Below are positions 47,639-56,759 of a DNA stretch of 64,000 nucleotides, piece after piece. Position numbers and translations under genes: made by a program. Under the pieces are notes generated by a model. That model worked only from the letters and a program-made list of their open reading frames with translations. It did no database searches and was not told the DNA's origin. The stretch comes from Eubacteriales bacterium (GTDB lineage: Bacteria; Bacillota; Clostridia; Oscillospirales; CAG-272): positions 92,070 through 156,069 of the forward strand of contig JAZNGE010000003.1 of the NCBI GenBank assembly GCA_045576315.1, given 5' to 3'. Numbering within the stretch: position 1 is the stretch's first letter; every line of letters begins with the position of its first letter.

Positions 47639-47665
47639 GTCGAAGCACTTTGCTTCGACTTTTTT
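47639..47665 (+). terminator. Riboswitch expression-platform terminator
   Basis: GTCGAAGCA-CTT-TGCTTCGAC-TTTTTT in the leader before the start codon. Confidence 0.8.
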
Positions 47666-47697
47666 GTTTTAAATACATCTTTTAGGAGAAACAAAAA

Positions 47698-48543
47698 ATG
47701 AAAAGGATAATCGCAATTATTCTTTCTGCGGTGCTTCTTTGTACCGCACTCGTTTCCTGTGGAAACGACAGCACCGACGACTTTGAAAGGGTAAGGGCAG
47801 CGGGCAAGCTCGTCGTCGGTATGGAATGTGCCTATGCGCCTTACAACTGGACGGTATCCACCTCCTCTGAAACTACCCACCCCATCTCTAACAGCCCAGG
47901 CTCGTATGCAGACGGCTATGACGTCGAGATAGCAAAGCTGATCGCAGAAACTATCGGTGTCACACTTGAAATACGTGCAATAGAGTGGGAAGGTCTCGTT
48001 CCTGCGCTCGAGGCAGGCGAGATCGATATGATCATTGCCGGAATGAGTCCCACCGAGGACAGAAAGCTCTCTATCGACTTTTCCGATACCTATTTCGATT
48101 CGGAGCTGGTTATGGTTGTCAGAAAGGACAGCGCATACGCCGATGCGAGCTCAATTTCCGATTTTTCCGGTGCAAAGATCACCGGTCAGCTCAACACCTT
48201 CCATTACAGCGTAATAGATCAGATCGCAGGTGTCAATAAGACCACCGCGCTCCAGGATTTTGCCGCGCTTATTCAGTCGCTTGACAGCGGCGCGATCGAC
48301 GGCTACGTTTGTGAAAAGCCGGGCGCTATTTCGGCAGTAGCCTCAAATCCCGATTTCACCTACGTTGAGTTTGCCGAGGGCGCGGGCTTCACATACGACC
48401 CCACCTCGTCCTCTATTTCTGTGGGTATACGCAAAGGATCAGATCTTGTCAACAGCATCAATTTTACTATATCACACCTCACCGCAGAAGAGAAGGAGGC
48501 AATGATGACTGCGGCTATCGAGAGACAGCCGGATGCGGAGTAA
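47698..48543 (+). CDS. Polar amino acid ABC transporter substrate-binding lipoprotein (probably lysine)
   Basis: Lipobox LVSC; VGMECAYAPYNW, GYDVEIA, IDMIIAGMSPT.DRK..IDFS. Confidence 0.9.
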   Translation: MKRIIAIILSAVLLCTALVSCGNDSTDDFERVRAAGKLVVGMECAYAPYNWTVSTSSETTHPISNSPGSYADGYDVEIAKLIAETIGVTLEIRAIEWEGLVPALEAGEIDMIIAGMSPTEDRKLSIDFSDTYFDSELVMVVRKDSAYADASSISDFSGAKITGQLNTFHYSVIDQIAGVNKTTALQDFAALIQSLDSGAIDGYVCEKPGAISAVASNPDFTYVEFAEGAGFTYDPTSSSISVGIRKGSDLVNSINFTISHLTAEEKEAMMTAAIERQPDAE

Positions 48544-48552
48544 TAAAAGAAT

Positions 48553-49311
48553 ATGAGCTTTTTTGATTGGATATCCAAGCTGGTATCGGAGTATTGGCCT
48601 CAATTCTTAAACGGCACGAAAAACACTCTTATTATGGCTCTTACGGGCACGCTTTTCGGATTTATTATAGGCCTGCTCATCGCCATAGTGAGAACCGTTC
48701 CCATCTTACCGAACGACAAAAGAGTGAAGAAAATTTTCTTTAAATCCGTTAATGCTATCCTTTGCGCCTACATTGAGATAGTCAGAGGCACGCCTATGCT
48801 CGTTCAGGCGCTTATAGTGCATTACAGCCTGTTCGTCAAGCTCGGTATGCCCTCGCTTATTTCGGCAATAATTATAATTTCATTTAACACGGGTGCCTAT
48901 ATGGCAGAGATCGTGCGCGGTGGAATTATGTCGATTGATAAGGGGCAGCTCGAGGGCGCGCACTCTGTCGGAATGTCGCATTTTCAGACCATGCGCCACG
49001 TCATTCTTCCGCAAGCGGTAAGGAATATAATGCCATCCATCGGCAACGAGTTCGTCGTGAATATCAAGGACAGCTCCGTCCTCTCCGTCATAGCGATAAC
49101 CGAGCTTATGTTCATATCGAAGCAGGCTGGCGGCACGTACGCAAAATTCGTTCCCGCATACGTGATATGCGCCGTTATATACTTTATCCTCACCTTCACG
49201 GTCACAAGGCTTTTGCGCCTTCTTGAGAAAAAGCTTAACGGCCCGTCCTCGTACACCGTATGCGGCTCTCAATCAAATCCCGATGCGGAAATTCACGTAA
49301 AGGGGGCTTGA
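48553..49311 (+). CDS. Polar amino acid ABC transporter permease
   Basis: RGTPMLVQ, AYMAEIVRGGI, GQLEGA, NEF..NIKDSS. Confidence 0.92.
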   Translation: MSFFDWISKLVSEYWPQFLNGTKNTLIMALTGTLFGFIIGLLIAIVRTVPILPNDKRVKKIFFKSVNAILCAYIEIVRGTPMLVQALIVHYSLFVKLGMPSLISAIIIISFNTGAYMAEIVRGGIMSIDKGQLEGAHSVGMSHFQTMRHVILPQAVRNIMPSIGNEFVVNIKDSSVLSVIAITELMFISKQAGGTYAKFVPAYVICAVIYFILTFTVTRLLRLLEKKLNGPSSYTVCGSQSNPDAEIHVKGA

Positions 49312-49315
49312 TTGA

Positions 49316-50056
49316 ATGAAAGACAGAGAAATTATAATCGAGCTTTCGCACCTTGAAAAGACCTTTGGCGATCACGCCGTCTTAAAGGATATAGATCTCA
49401 CCGTCAGGCGCGGTGAGGTGGTGTCGGTCATAGGCTCGTCCGGCTCGGGCAAAAGCACGATGCTCCGTTGCATAAATCTGCTCGAGAGTGCCACAGGCGG
49501 CAAGATACTGTTCGAGGGCAGGGACGTGACCGCAAAGGGAATGAAGCTCACAGAATATAGAACCAAGGTCGGTATGGTGTTTCAGAGCTTCAACCTTTTC
49601 GGCAATATGACCGCGCTTGAAAACTGCGTAAAGCCGCAAATGATAGTTTTGAAGCGCACGCGCGCCGAAGCTGAAAAAACAGCGCTGGAGTATATAAGCA
49701 AGGTCGGTATGAGCGCGTACATCAACGCAAAGCCGTCGCAGCTCTCCGGCGGTCAAAAGCAGCGAATAGCCATCGCAAGAGCGCTGTCCATGAACCCCAA
49801 CGTCATACTCTTCGACGAGCCGACAAGCGCCCTCGATCCCGAAATGGTCGGTGAGGTGCTGGAGGTTATGAAGGATCTTGCCGAGGCGGGCTACACGATG
49901 ATTGTAGTCACTCACGAAATGGGCTTTGCGCGCGAGGTCTCCGACAGAGTTGTCTTTATGGACGGCGGATATATCGTCGAGCAGGGTACACCCGAGGAAA
50001 TTTTCGAAAATCCGAAAATGGAAAGAACCCGCGAGTTCCTTTCGCGAGTTCTTTAA
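49316..50056 (+). CDS. Polar amino acid ABC transporter ATP-binding protein (GlnQ-like)
   Basis: [36 protein letters not shown]. Confidence 0.93.
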   Translation: MKDREIIIELSHLEKTFGDHAVLKDIDLTVRRGEVVSVIGSSGSGKSTMLRCINLLESATGGKILFEGRDVTAKGMKLTEYRTKVGMVFQSFNLFGNMTALENCVKPQMIVLKRTRAEAEKTALEYISKVGMSAYINAKPSQLSGGQKQRIAIARALSMNPNVILFDEPTSALDPEMVGEVLEVMKDLAEAGYTMIVVTHEMGFAREVSDRVVFMDGGYIVEQGTPEEIFENPKMERTREFLSRVL

Positions 50057-50064
50057 GGCATACC

Positions 50065-50135
50065 GTACGGGCGATTCACGAATCGCCCGTAAAATCACAA
50101 AGCAACATCGTAGGGGCGATTCACGAATCGCCCGT
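50065..50135 (+). repeat. Tandem pair of GTAG-type REP elements
   Basis: GTACGGGCGATTCACGAATCGCCCGT and GTAGGGGCGATTCACGAATCGCCCGT. Confidence 0.85.
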
Positions 50136-50156
50136 AAAAAAATGATCATTAAAATA

Positions 50157-50190
50157 AAAACTCTCGCAAACAGACTTTGCGAGAGTTTTT
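50157..50190. terminator. Bidirectional terminator
   Basis: AAAACTCTCGCAAA-CAGAC-TTTGCGAGAGTTTT. Confidence 0.8.
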
Positions 50191-50192
50191 AT

Positions 50193-51503
50193 TTACGCAT
50201 TGTTCATTTTTCTTTTTGCGTTTTCCTTATCGCGCAGGCGATAATCGCGTGAGCGACGTTTTTTAACGATCGTCGTATATACCGCAAAGGCAACCACGCC
50301 GACCACTATCGTAATAGCGGTAACGTGTACCCACATTTCAGTAGAGTTCTCGGTCTTAAGACTCTCCCACAGCGTGTTGGTGTACGCCTGTATCTCGGGT
50401 GAGAAGCTCTTGTAGCAGGCGGTGCCGTAAAGCGCGTTGTAGCTCTCGTTGATCTCGGCGGGCGAGATTCCGTAAAGTATCTCTATTGCCTCCTCTCCCA
50501 TCTCGTCTATATAGTCCTCGCTGTTTTGCACGAGGGTGTTGGGAGATGCGTATCCGATGTATACGGCGTTTGCGACCGCCGCTTCCTCAGAGAGCATAAA
50601 GTTGATATATTCCTTTGCAAGCTCGGGGCTCGCCGCATTCTTGGGAATGCACATCGCGTCAACGAAATAGTTAGTTCCCTCGGTGGGGTAGTAGAAGCCG
50701 AGCGCCTCTTCCATCTCGACCATCGTCAGATAGTCGCCGGCATAATAGGGCGCGATAGCCGCGGATGCGGTGGTCATCTTGTTGAATATCTCGTCGTTTA
50801 CGTAGCCCTGCACGAGCGGCTTCTGCGCCTTAAGCACCTCGAGCGCCGCATCCCAGTCTGCCGTGTTTTCCGAGTTTATGTCTAAGCCCTTGTAGTACAT
50901 CGCCGTGCCGAATGCGTCACGCGGATTGTTGAACTGAAGTATCTTGCCCTGGTACTTTTCATTCCAAAGAAGTCCCCAGCTCTCGCCCTCGTAATCCTCG
51001 GGATCAACGAGATTGGTGTTGTAGATAACGCCTACCATACCGTAGGTGTAGGGCACGGAGTATCTGTTCTGCTCGTCGTAATACGGGTTCTTGAAATCGT
51101 CCGCGATGTACTCGTAGTTGGGTATATCACCTTCAACGTCAAATTCGAGCAGCATATCGTCCGCTATCATCTTTTGTATCATATAGTCGGACGGAATAAC
51201 GATATCGTATACTACCGCGCTGTTTTTGAGCTTGGAGTACATATCCTCGTTGTTTGCATAGGTGGAGTAGTTCACCTTCACCTTAACGCCGTACTTTTCG
51301 TAGTAATAGTCCTCAAACGCCGCGTTAACATCAAGTGAGCCAAGCGAGCCGTCCGAGATATATTCACCCCAGTTGTACACGTTGAGGGTGAGTGTCTGTC
51401 CGCTCACCTTTCCGCCCTCGTCACTCTCGCCGCCGCAGGACGCAAGCGCGAAAATGCACAAAAGCGCAAGGACAAGGGTAAGCATCAGCTTTATCTTTTT
51501 CAT
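50193..51503 (-). CDS. potD: Spermidine/putrescine ABC transporter substrate-binding lipoprotein with an extra C-terminal TM helix
   Basis: Lipobox LASC; LNVYNWGEYI, YDIVIPSDYMI, YSVPY.YG..G, P.EGTN.FVDAMCIPK. Confidence 0.9.
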   Translation of the reverse strand: MKKIKLMLTLVLALLCIFALASCGGESDEGGKVSGQTLTLNVYNWGEYISDGSLGSLDVNAAFEDYYYEKYGVKVKVNYSTYANNEDMYSKLKNSAVVYDIVIPSDYMIQKMIADDMLLEFDVEGDIPNYEYIADDFKNPYYDEQNRYSVPYTYGMVGVIYNTNLVDPEDYEGESWGLLWNEKYQGKILQFNNPRDAFGTAMYYKGLDINSENTADWDAALEVLKAQKPLVQGYVNDEIFNKMTTASAAIAPYYAGDYLTMVEMEEALGFYYPTEGTNYFVDAMCIPKNAASPELAKEYINFMLSEEAAVANAVYIGYASPNTLVQNSEDYIDEMGEEAIEILYGISPAEINESYNALYGTACYKSFSPEIQAYTNTLWESLKTENSTEMWVHVTAITIVVGVVAFAVYTTIVKKRRSRDYRLRDKENAKRKMNNA

Positions 51504-52351
51504 TTCGCTATGCCCCCCTTTCTCTTTTTGCTCTTGTTGAGCTGCAGATTAAGCTTCTTGCCGCTCTTAAGATTGGAGATAAGCAACAGCACGAATACCG
51601 TCACTATAACGATAGTGGAAAGAGCGTACATATCGGGCGTAACCTTCTTCTTTGTCATCGAGTAGATGAGCAGGGGAAGTGTCTGGTAGTTTGTAGGTGC
51701 AAGGAAATAGGAGATAACGAAATCGTCAAGCGAAAGGGTAAACGCCATAACGAAGCCCGAAATAACGCCGGGCATAATGTTAGGCAGCTTAACCTTAAAG
51801 AACGCCTGTACGGGAGTGCAGCCAAGGTCGAGCGCCGCCTCTGAAAGCGTGTTGCCAAGCTCGTTGATTCTCGGCAGTACCGAAAGAATAACGTAGGGCA
51901 GACAGAAGGTCGTGTGCGCTATCAGCATAGCCGCAAAGCCGATGTCGTTGTAATCGCCTATCGAGAATACCGCCATAACAGCCGCAAAAAACAGCATCAT
52001 CGACATACCCGTAACTATATCGGGGTTCATCATCGGAATGTTAGTCACACCCGTGACGGTCGCCTTGATGTACTTGTTTTTCATCTTATAGATGCCCTCT
52101 GCCGCCGCAGTGCCGATAACCGTCGCAAGAAGAGAGGACGAAAGCGCAAGCAACAGGGAATTGCGCAGCGCCACCCACGTCTCAGGCGACTTAAACAGCT
52201 CGGCATACCACATAAGGCTGAAGCCGGTGAAATTCGCCGTGCTGTTAGATGCGTTAAACGAGAAGAGTATAAGTGTCAGTATCGGAATGTAAAGTATTCC
52301 GAAAATCAGGCACAAATAGATGATAGAGGCATATTTCTTCGTCTTTTTCAT
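51500..52351 (-). CDS. potC: Spermidine/putrescine ABC transporter permease
   Basis: LYIPI...ILFSFN, EAALDLG, FTLSLDDFVISYF. Confidence 0.92.
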   Translation of the reverse strand: MKKTKKYASIIYLCLIFGILYIPILTLILFSFNASNSTANFTGFSLMWYAELFKSPETWVALRNSLLLALSSSLLATVIGTAAAEGIYKMKNKYIKATVTGVTNIPMMNPDIVTGMSMMLFFAAVMAVFSIGDYNDIGFAAMLIAHTTFCLPYVILSVLPRINELGNTLSEAALDLGCTPVQAFFKVKLPNIMPGVISGFVMAFTLSLDDFVISYFLAPTNYQTLPLLIYSMTKKKVTPDMYALSTIVIVTVFVLLLISNLKSGKKLNLQLNKSKKRKGGIAK

Positions 52352-53160
52352 ACGATAATACCTCCGTCATCGTCATTACCGAAGCGGTTCATTACCGTCA
52401 GTGAGATAAGTATCAGTATCATCATAACCAAGGATATCGCCGCACCGACGTTCAAAGCACCCGTAACAAACTGACGCTCGATGGTATCTCCGATAAGCTC
52501 AAACGTACCGCCGCCTAGCTTTTGAGAGATATAGAAGGTGCTGATAGAGGGCACAAGCACCATCGTCACGCCCGAAACGATGCCCGAGCGAGAGAGAGGG
52601 AGAATGACCTTGAAAAGCGTCTTCGGCGTGTCACAGCCGAGGTCAGCCGCCGCCTCCCACATATGCTTGTCTATCTTGGATATACAGGTGTAAATGGGCA
52701 TTACCATATAGGGCAAAAAGTCGTAGACCATGCCGAATATGACAGCCCCCTTCGTTCCAACGATATGGAACGAGGTGTTAAGCAGGGAGTTAAGAAATCC
52801 GCCGTCGTCAAGGATCGCCATGATCGAGTAGGTGCGGATAAGCAGGTTTGTCCACATCGGAAGCATAAGAAGCATGATAAACAGCTTCTGGTGCTTGGGC
52901 TTCGCTCTTGCGATTATGTAAGCAAGAGGATAGCCGACTAAAAGGCATATCGCAGTCGCGATTATGGAAAGCTCAAGCGAGAGCCAGAATATCTGACCGT
53001 ATTCGCCAAGGGCAGTGATATTTTCGAACGAGAAATTACCGTCAGCATCTGTAAAAGCGTAATAAACAACGATAATCAGAGGCAGAACGATAAAGAGTAT
53101 CGCCCAGAAAATGTGGGGCGCTGCCGATATAGAGCGCATTAAAGATCTCTTTTTGTTCAT
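52348..53160 (-). CDS. potB: Spermidine/putrescine ABC transporter permease
   Basis: GYPLAY, LPMWTNLLIRTY, LPYMVMPIY, EAAADLG. Confidence 0.92.
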   Translation of the reverse strand: MNKKRSLMRSISAAPHIFWAILFIVLPLIIVVYYAFTDADGNFSFENITALGEYGQIFWLSLELSIIATAICLLVGYPLAYIIARAKPKHQKLFIMLLMLPMWTNLLIRTYSIMAILDDGGFLNSLLNTSFHIVGTKGAVIFGMVYDFLPYMVMPIYTCISKIDKHMWEAAADLGCDTPKTLFKVILPLSRSGIVSGVTMVLVPSISTFYISQKLGGGTFELIGDTIERQFVTGALNVGAAISLVMMILILISLTVMNRFGNDDDGGIIV

Positions 53161-53213
53161 TTTTTACCAAAGGGGAAAGGATGACTTTCCCGTCACTTTC
53201 GTCAGTAATAAAA

Positions 53214-54332
53214 TCAGAACTCCTCTGCGGCATCCGCATCGGAAAGCTGGTCGATCTCGTCGGAGAATGACGAGTAATCGCCGAATTTGCCGGAATACTT
53301 CGACTTTTTCATAATGTGTATCGCATCGGGCTCGATATACACACCGATATTTGCCTCGGGTGCAACGTAGTCGGTGGACTGTATCATCCACTTAAAGCCC
53401 TTGATATCCACGATTATCTCGTAGTGTACACCCTTGAAGGTAACGCTTGTTACCGTACCGGTGAGCATACCCTTGTCGATAGCAACGACGTCCACGTCCT
53501 CGGGGCGTATTACAACGTCAACAGGCTCGTTCTTTGCAAATCCGCCGTCCACGCAGTCGAATACGTGACCTGCAAGCTTGACCTTGTTGTCTTCAAGCAT
53601 AATTCCGTCGATAATGTTACTCTCACCGATAAAGTCGGCGACGAATGCGTTCTTCGGCTCGTTGTATATGTCGGTCGGCGTTCCTATCTGCTGGATCTCA
53701 CCGTCCGCCATAACCACAACGGTGTCGGACATTGAGAGCGCCTCTTCCTGATCGTGCGTGACGTAAATAAAGGTGATGCCGATAGCCTGCTGTATGGTCT
53801 TAAGCTCGTTCTGCATATCCTTACGCAGCTTCAAATCAAGCGCGCCGAGAGGCTCGTCAAGCAGAAGCACGCGAGGGTGAGAAACGAGCGCACGCGCGAT
53901 AGCAACTCTCTGCTGCTGACCGCCCGAAAGGGTGCTTACGCTCTTGTTTTCAAAGCCGGACAGCGCCACCATAGCAAGCATTTCGGTCACACGGGTCTTT
54001 ATCTCGTCCTCTTTAAGCTTTTTAAGCCTCAAAGGAAAGGCTATATTCTCATACACGTTAAGGTGAGGGAACAGCGCGTATTTCTGAAATACGGTGTTTA
54101 CCTGTCTTTTATGTGCGGGCACGTCGCTTATCTCAACTCCGTCGAAATAAAGCTCTCCCTCGTCCGCAGTTTCAAAGCCGCCGATAATACGAAGCGTAGT
54201 AGTCTTACCGCAGCCGGACGGGCCGAGAAAGGTGATAAACTCACCGTCTCTTATGTAAAGGTTCATCGAATCGATGACCTTTTCACCGTCGTAAGACTTG
54301 GAAATTCCTTTTAATTCAATGAGCTTTGCCAT
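53214..54332 (-). CDS. potA: Spermidine/putrescine ABC transporter ATP-binding protein
   Basis: [40 protein letters not shown]; start moved to ATG 54332. Confidence 0.93.
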   Translation of the reverse strand: MAKLIELKGISKSYDGEKVIDSMNLYIRDGEFITFLGPSGCGKTTTLRIIGGFETADEGELYFDGVEISDVPAHKRQVNTVFQKYALFPHLNVYENIAFPLRLKKLKEDEIKTRVTEMLAMVALSGFENKSVSTLSGGQQQRVAIARALVSHPRVLLLDEPLGALDLKLRKDMQNELKTIQQAIGITFIYVTHDQEEALSMSDTVVVMADGEIQQIGTPTDIYNEPKNAFVADFIGESNIIDGIMLEDNKVKLAGHVFDCVDGGFAKNEPVDVVIRPEDVDVVAIDKGMLTGTVTSVTFKGVHYEIIVDIKGFKWMIQSTDYVAPEANIGVYIEPDAIHIMKKSKYSGKFGDYSSFSDEIDQLSDADAAEEF

Positions 54333-54598
54333 TTTATCAGTATCATTTCCTTTCTTTGTCCGTGGGTAGAGAACATATCTCCCCGTGACCCAATAATTTT
54401 TCGCAAAATTCACCAATATAATTTTTAATATAACATTGTTGAGTGTATTATAACAAAAACATCTGTGTTTTGCAATACTTTTTTACAATATTTTTTTAAA
54501 ATTAACCGTAATTAAACGGATTTAGACTAAATTATCCGTAATTTTTTCGCTAGAAAATATATGAAAGCTCTGAAATACTCTTAAATGCTCTTAAATTC

Positions 54599-55210
54599 TC
54601 ACGAATGCTCGTTTTTTGTGCTTTTGTGCGCCGCCATAATTTCCCTGCACATAACCGCAAAGAAAATAGCGAAAATCCAGTACCCCTCGCCTATCTGCAT
54701 CATAAAAAACAGCGCCAGGAGCGCCACCGCCGCCGAAATGCCGAGTGTCAGCCCACGCGACACCCACTCGAGCGCCGCGGCAGACAGCCGCCCGGACAAA
54801 AGCCCGATGAGTATCCTCTGACCGTCAAACGAGCGTATCGGTATGAGATTTGACACCGCGGTCAAAAGGTTTATAACGGCAAACGAAGCTAGGTATTCAT
54901 TCGCACGGCAAAAGGGCGTAAGTACCCCAAATATAACCAAATTCACAAGCGGCCCACCCAGCGCTACCACCGCTTCCTCACGGTATGAAAGCAACCGCCC
55001 GGGCTTTAGCCTCAACCCCGTGAGTACCGCCCTCGGCATCGACATATCCCCGACACCTATCACCGTCGCCGCGATAATATGCCCGCCCTCGTGCGCGAGC
55101 GCCGCCACAAGCGTCAGCACCGTCACCCACACCGCATCAAACGCCAGCATCAGCAAAACAAGAAACAAAAAGGGAAGCACCCTCTCCCCAACAGCACGCA
55201 AAAGCCTCAT
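54599..55210 (-). CDS. M50-family intramembrane metalloprotease (SpoIVFB-like)
   Basis: HEGGH, GGPLVN, NLIP...FDG motifs; start could be 55222. Confidence 0.8.
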   Translation of the reverse strand: MRLLRAVGERVLPFLFLVLLMLAFDAVWVTVLTLVAALAHEGGHIIAATVIGVGDMSMPRAVLTGLRLKPGRLLSYREEAVVALGGPLVNLVIFGVLTPFCRANEYLASFAVINLLTAVSNLIPIRSFDGQRILIGLLSGRLSAAALEWVSRGLTLGISAAVALLALFFMMQIGEGYWIFAIFFAVMCREIMAAHKSTKNEHS

Positions 55211-55356
55211 ATTTACCCCCAAGCATTCAGTTAATTCGCTTTATCATATGCGCGCGAAACGCAAAAACCATCAAAAAGGGTGCAAAATTTCGAAAAATAT
55301 AATTACAGAAATTTTTACTCCGTTTTGTGCAAAAAGGTGGAAATTGGAAAAACGTC

Positions 55357-55386
55357 TTGACGGTGATCAAGCTTGCGTGATATAAT
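55357..55386 (+). promoter_or_regulatory. Sigma-A-like promoter in front of the AT-richer cassette
   Basis: TTGACG-18bp-TATAAT with TG extension. Confidence 0.55.
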
Positions 55387-55390
55387 CAAG

Positions 55391-55563
55391 TTGAACGGCA
55401 CCCTGCTTATAGCTGAGGTGACCGGCGGCGACGTAATTCTCTATATCTATGATGCTTACTGGATATATCTGCAAAATTTATGAAAGAATCATCTTACCAA
55501 GCGCTCAGTTTGCCAGTATCATTTTTAATGTCTGTATCCTGGGCAAAAGTATCGCCTTGGTGA
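55391..55563 (+). pseudogene. Possible Rhs/YD-repeat gene remnant
   Basis: Translates LNGTLLIAEVTGGDVILYIYDA (Rhs-core-like), then in another frame ...SSYQALSLPVSFLMSVSWAKVSPW* just before the next RBS. Confidence 0.4.
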
Positions 55564-55580
55564 AAGGAAGGTAAAAAAAC

Positions 55581-56105
55581 ATGGGTAGTCCTTGGGCAGG
55601 TCCTTTTGCAAGAGCCGTGACGAGCAAAAAAAGAACACGAAAATTCTGGAATGTGTTTTTTGGTATAATGATTACGGCATCTGTAATTTTGATGACCGCA
55701 CCTTTTTATCTAGTTATATCAGAGCGTTGTACTTATGATAGCGAAGAGATTTTTGTTGAGTACAAGGATGGCGTTTTGGCTACAAGTGTTGCTTCATACA
55801 AGGTGGTTGAGCCGGGTAAACAAAACGTGAAGATAAATAACTTGACAAAGAGGGTTGAAGCCGGCGATAAAATTGAACTTACGATCAGCAAGGTGAATGG
55901 CAAACTGATCGAGGCGCGGCATCAAAACGAAGTAGTGTACAGCATTGAAATGATACCAACTATGCCTGCTTTGCTTTTTCTGATCATTGTATTTTTGCCT
56001 TTGATTGGAGTGATGGTGTTTTTGTGGATTGTGGTTAATTTGAAAAATCCCCCAAAAAAGCTTGATAAGCTTCAAGGTGAAATGGTTTTAAGGTTTTACA
56101 AATAA
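55581..56105 (+). CDS. Two-TM membrane protein, candidate orphan immunity protein
   Basis: RBS AAGGAAGG; AT-richer atypical codons; two TM segments. Confidence 0.65.
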   Translation: MGSPWAGPFARAVTSKKRTRKFWNVFFGIMITASVILMTAPFYLVISERCTYDSEEIFVEYKDGVLATSVASYKVVEPGKQNVKINNLTKRVEAGDKIELTISKVNGKLIEARHQNEVVYSIEMIPTMPALLFLIIVFLPLIGVMVFLWIVVNLKNPPKKLDKLQGEMVLRFYK

Positions 56106-56127
56106 ATACAAGCGTGTAAAGGTACAA

Positions 56128-56283
56128 ATGACGGGCAATCAATTTTTAAATGCTGGATATAAATTACACTCGTATTTGATTGCATATGGCTTTGCTGCAT
56201 ATTCAATATATCAAACATATGTGTCCATCAAATCATCTGATCCAGTTAAGCGCGCTTACGAGAGGGGGTATTCATTAATATGA
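56128..56283 (+). pseudogene. Short ORF, possible polymorphic-toxin C-terminal remnant
   Basis: 51 codons (MTGNQF...YVSIKSSDPVKRAYERGYSLI*); its stop overlaps the ATG of 56280 (ATGA). Confidence 0.4.
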
Positions 56284-56513
56284 CGGGATTTTTTAAAGTT
56301 TTTGTTGCTATTCTGGATATTGCTTCTGCGATATACCTATTTCAAGTATTCGCGTTCTTTGTCGCATGTTTTTTAGGGAAACGGGATGATGAGGATAACA
56401 TTCAAAATGTGTTCTTTTTACCAAGAAACAAATTTTGGTTTGTTGCGATAGCATTGCTTGCTATGGCAACCTTGGTCTTATCATTTGACTACAGAAAGAG
56501 CATATGGGGGTAA
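56280..56513 (+). CDS. Small two-TM protein, candidate orphan immunity protein
   Basis: 77 aa, two hydrophobic helices, GAGAGGGGG upstream, AT-rich. Confidence 0.55.
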   Translation: MTGFFKVFVAILDIASAIYLFQVFAFFVACFLGKRDDEDNIQNVFFLPRNKFWFVAIALLAMATLVLSFDYRKSIWG

Positions 56514-56553
56514 TGCATCAGAAGCATTTTTTTGTTACTTTTCATAACCTGAG

Positions 56554-56585
56554 GAAAGCCGCCCGCAAAATGCGGGCGGGTTTTC
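56554..56585 (+). terminator. Rho-independent terminator
   Basis: CCGCCCGC-AAAAT-GCGGGCGG-GTTTTC. Confidence 0.7.
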
Positions 56586-56701
56586 TTCGCCTTCTCGCGC
56601 GGTGACGAAAATTTCAGAAATGCCGAGAGGCACTTGTGTTTTTGCGCATTCTGCGCGTGTTAAATATAACAGCTAAATATAACGTTTACGCATTTATTGC
56701 C

Positions 56702-56730
56702 TTGACAAATTATTATAATTATGATAAAAT
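56702..56730 (+). promoter_or_regulatory. Sigma-A promoter
   Basis: TTGACA-17bp-TAAAAT with TG extension. Confidence 0.65.
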
Positions 56731-56759
56731 TTAAGGTGAGAAATTTTTTGGAGGACGCA

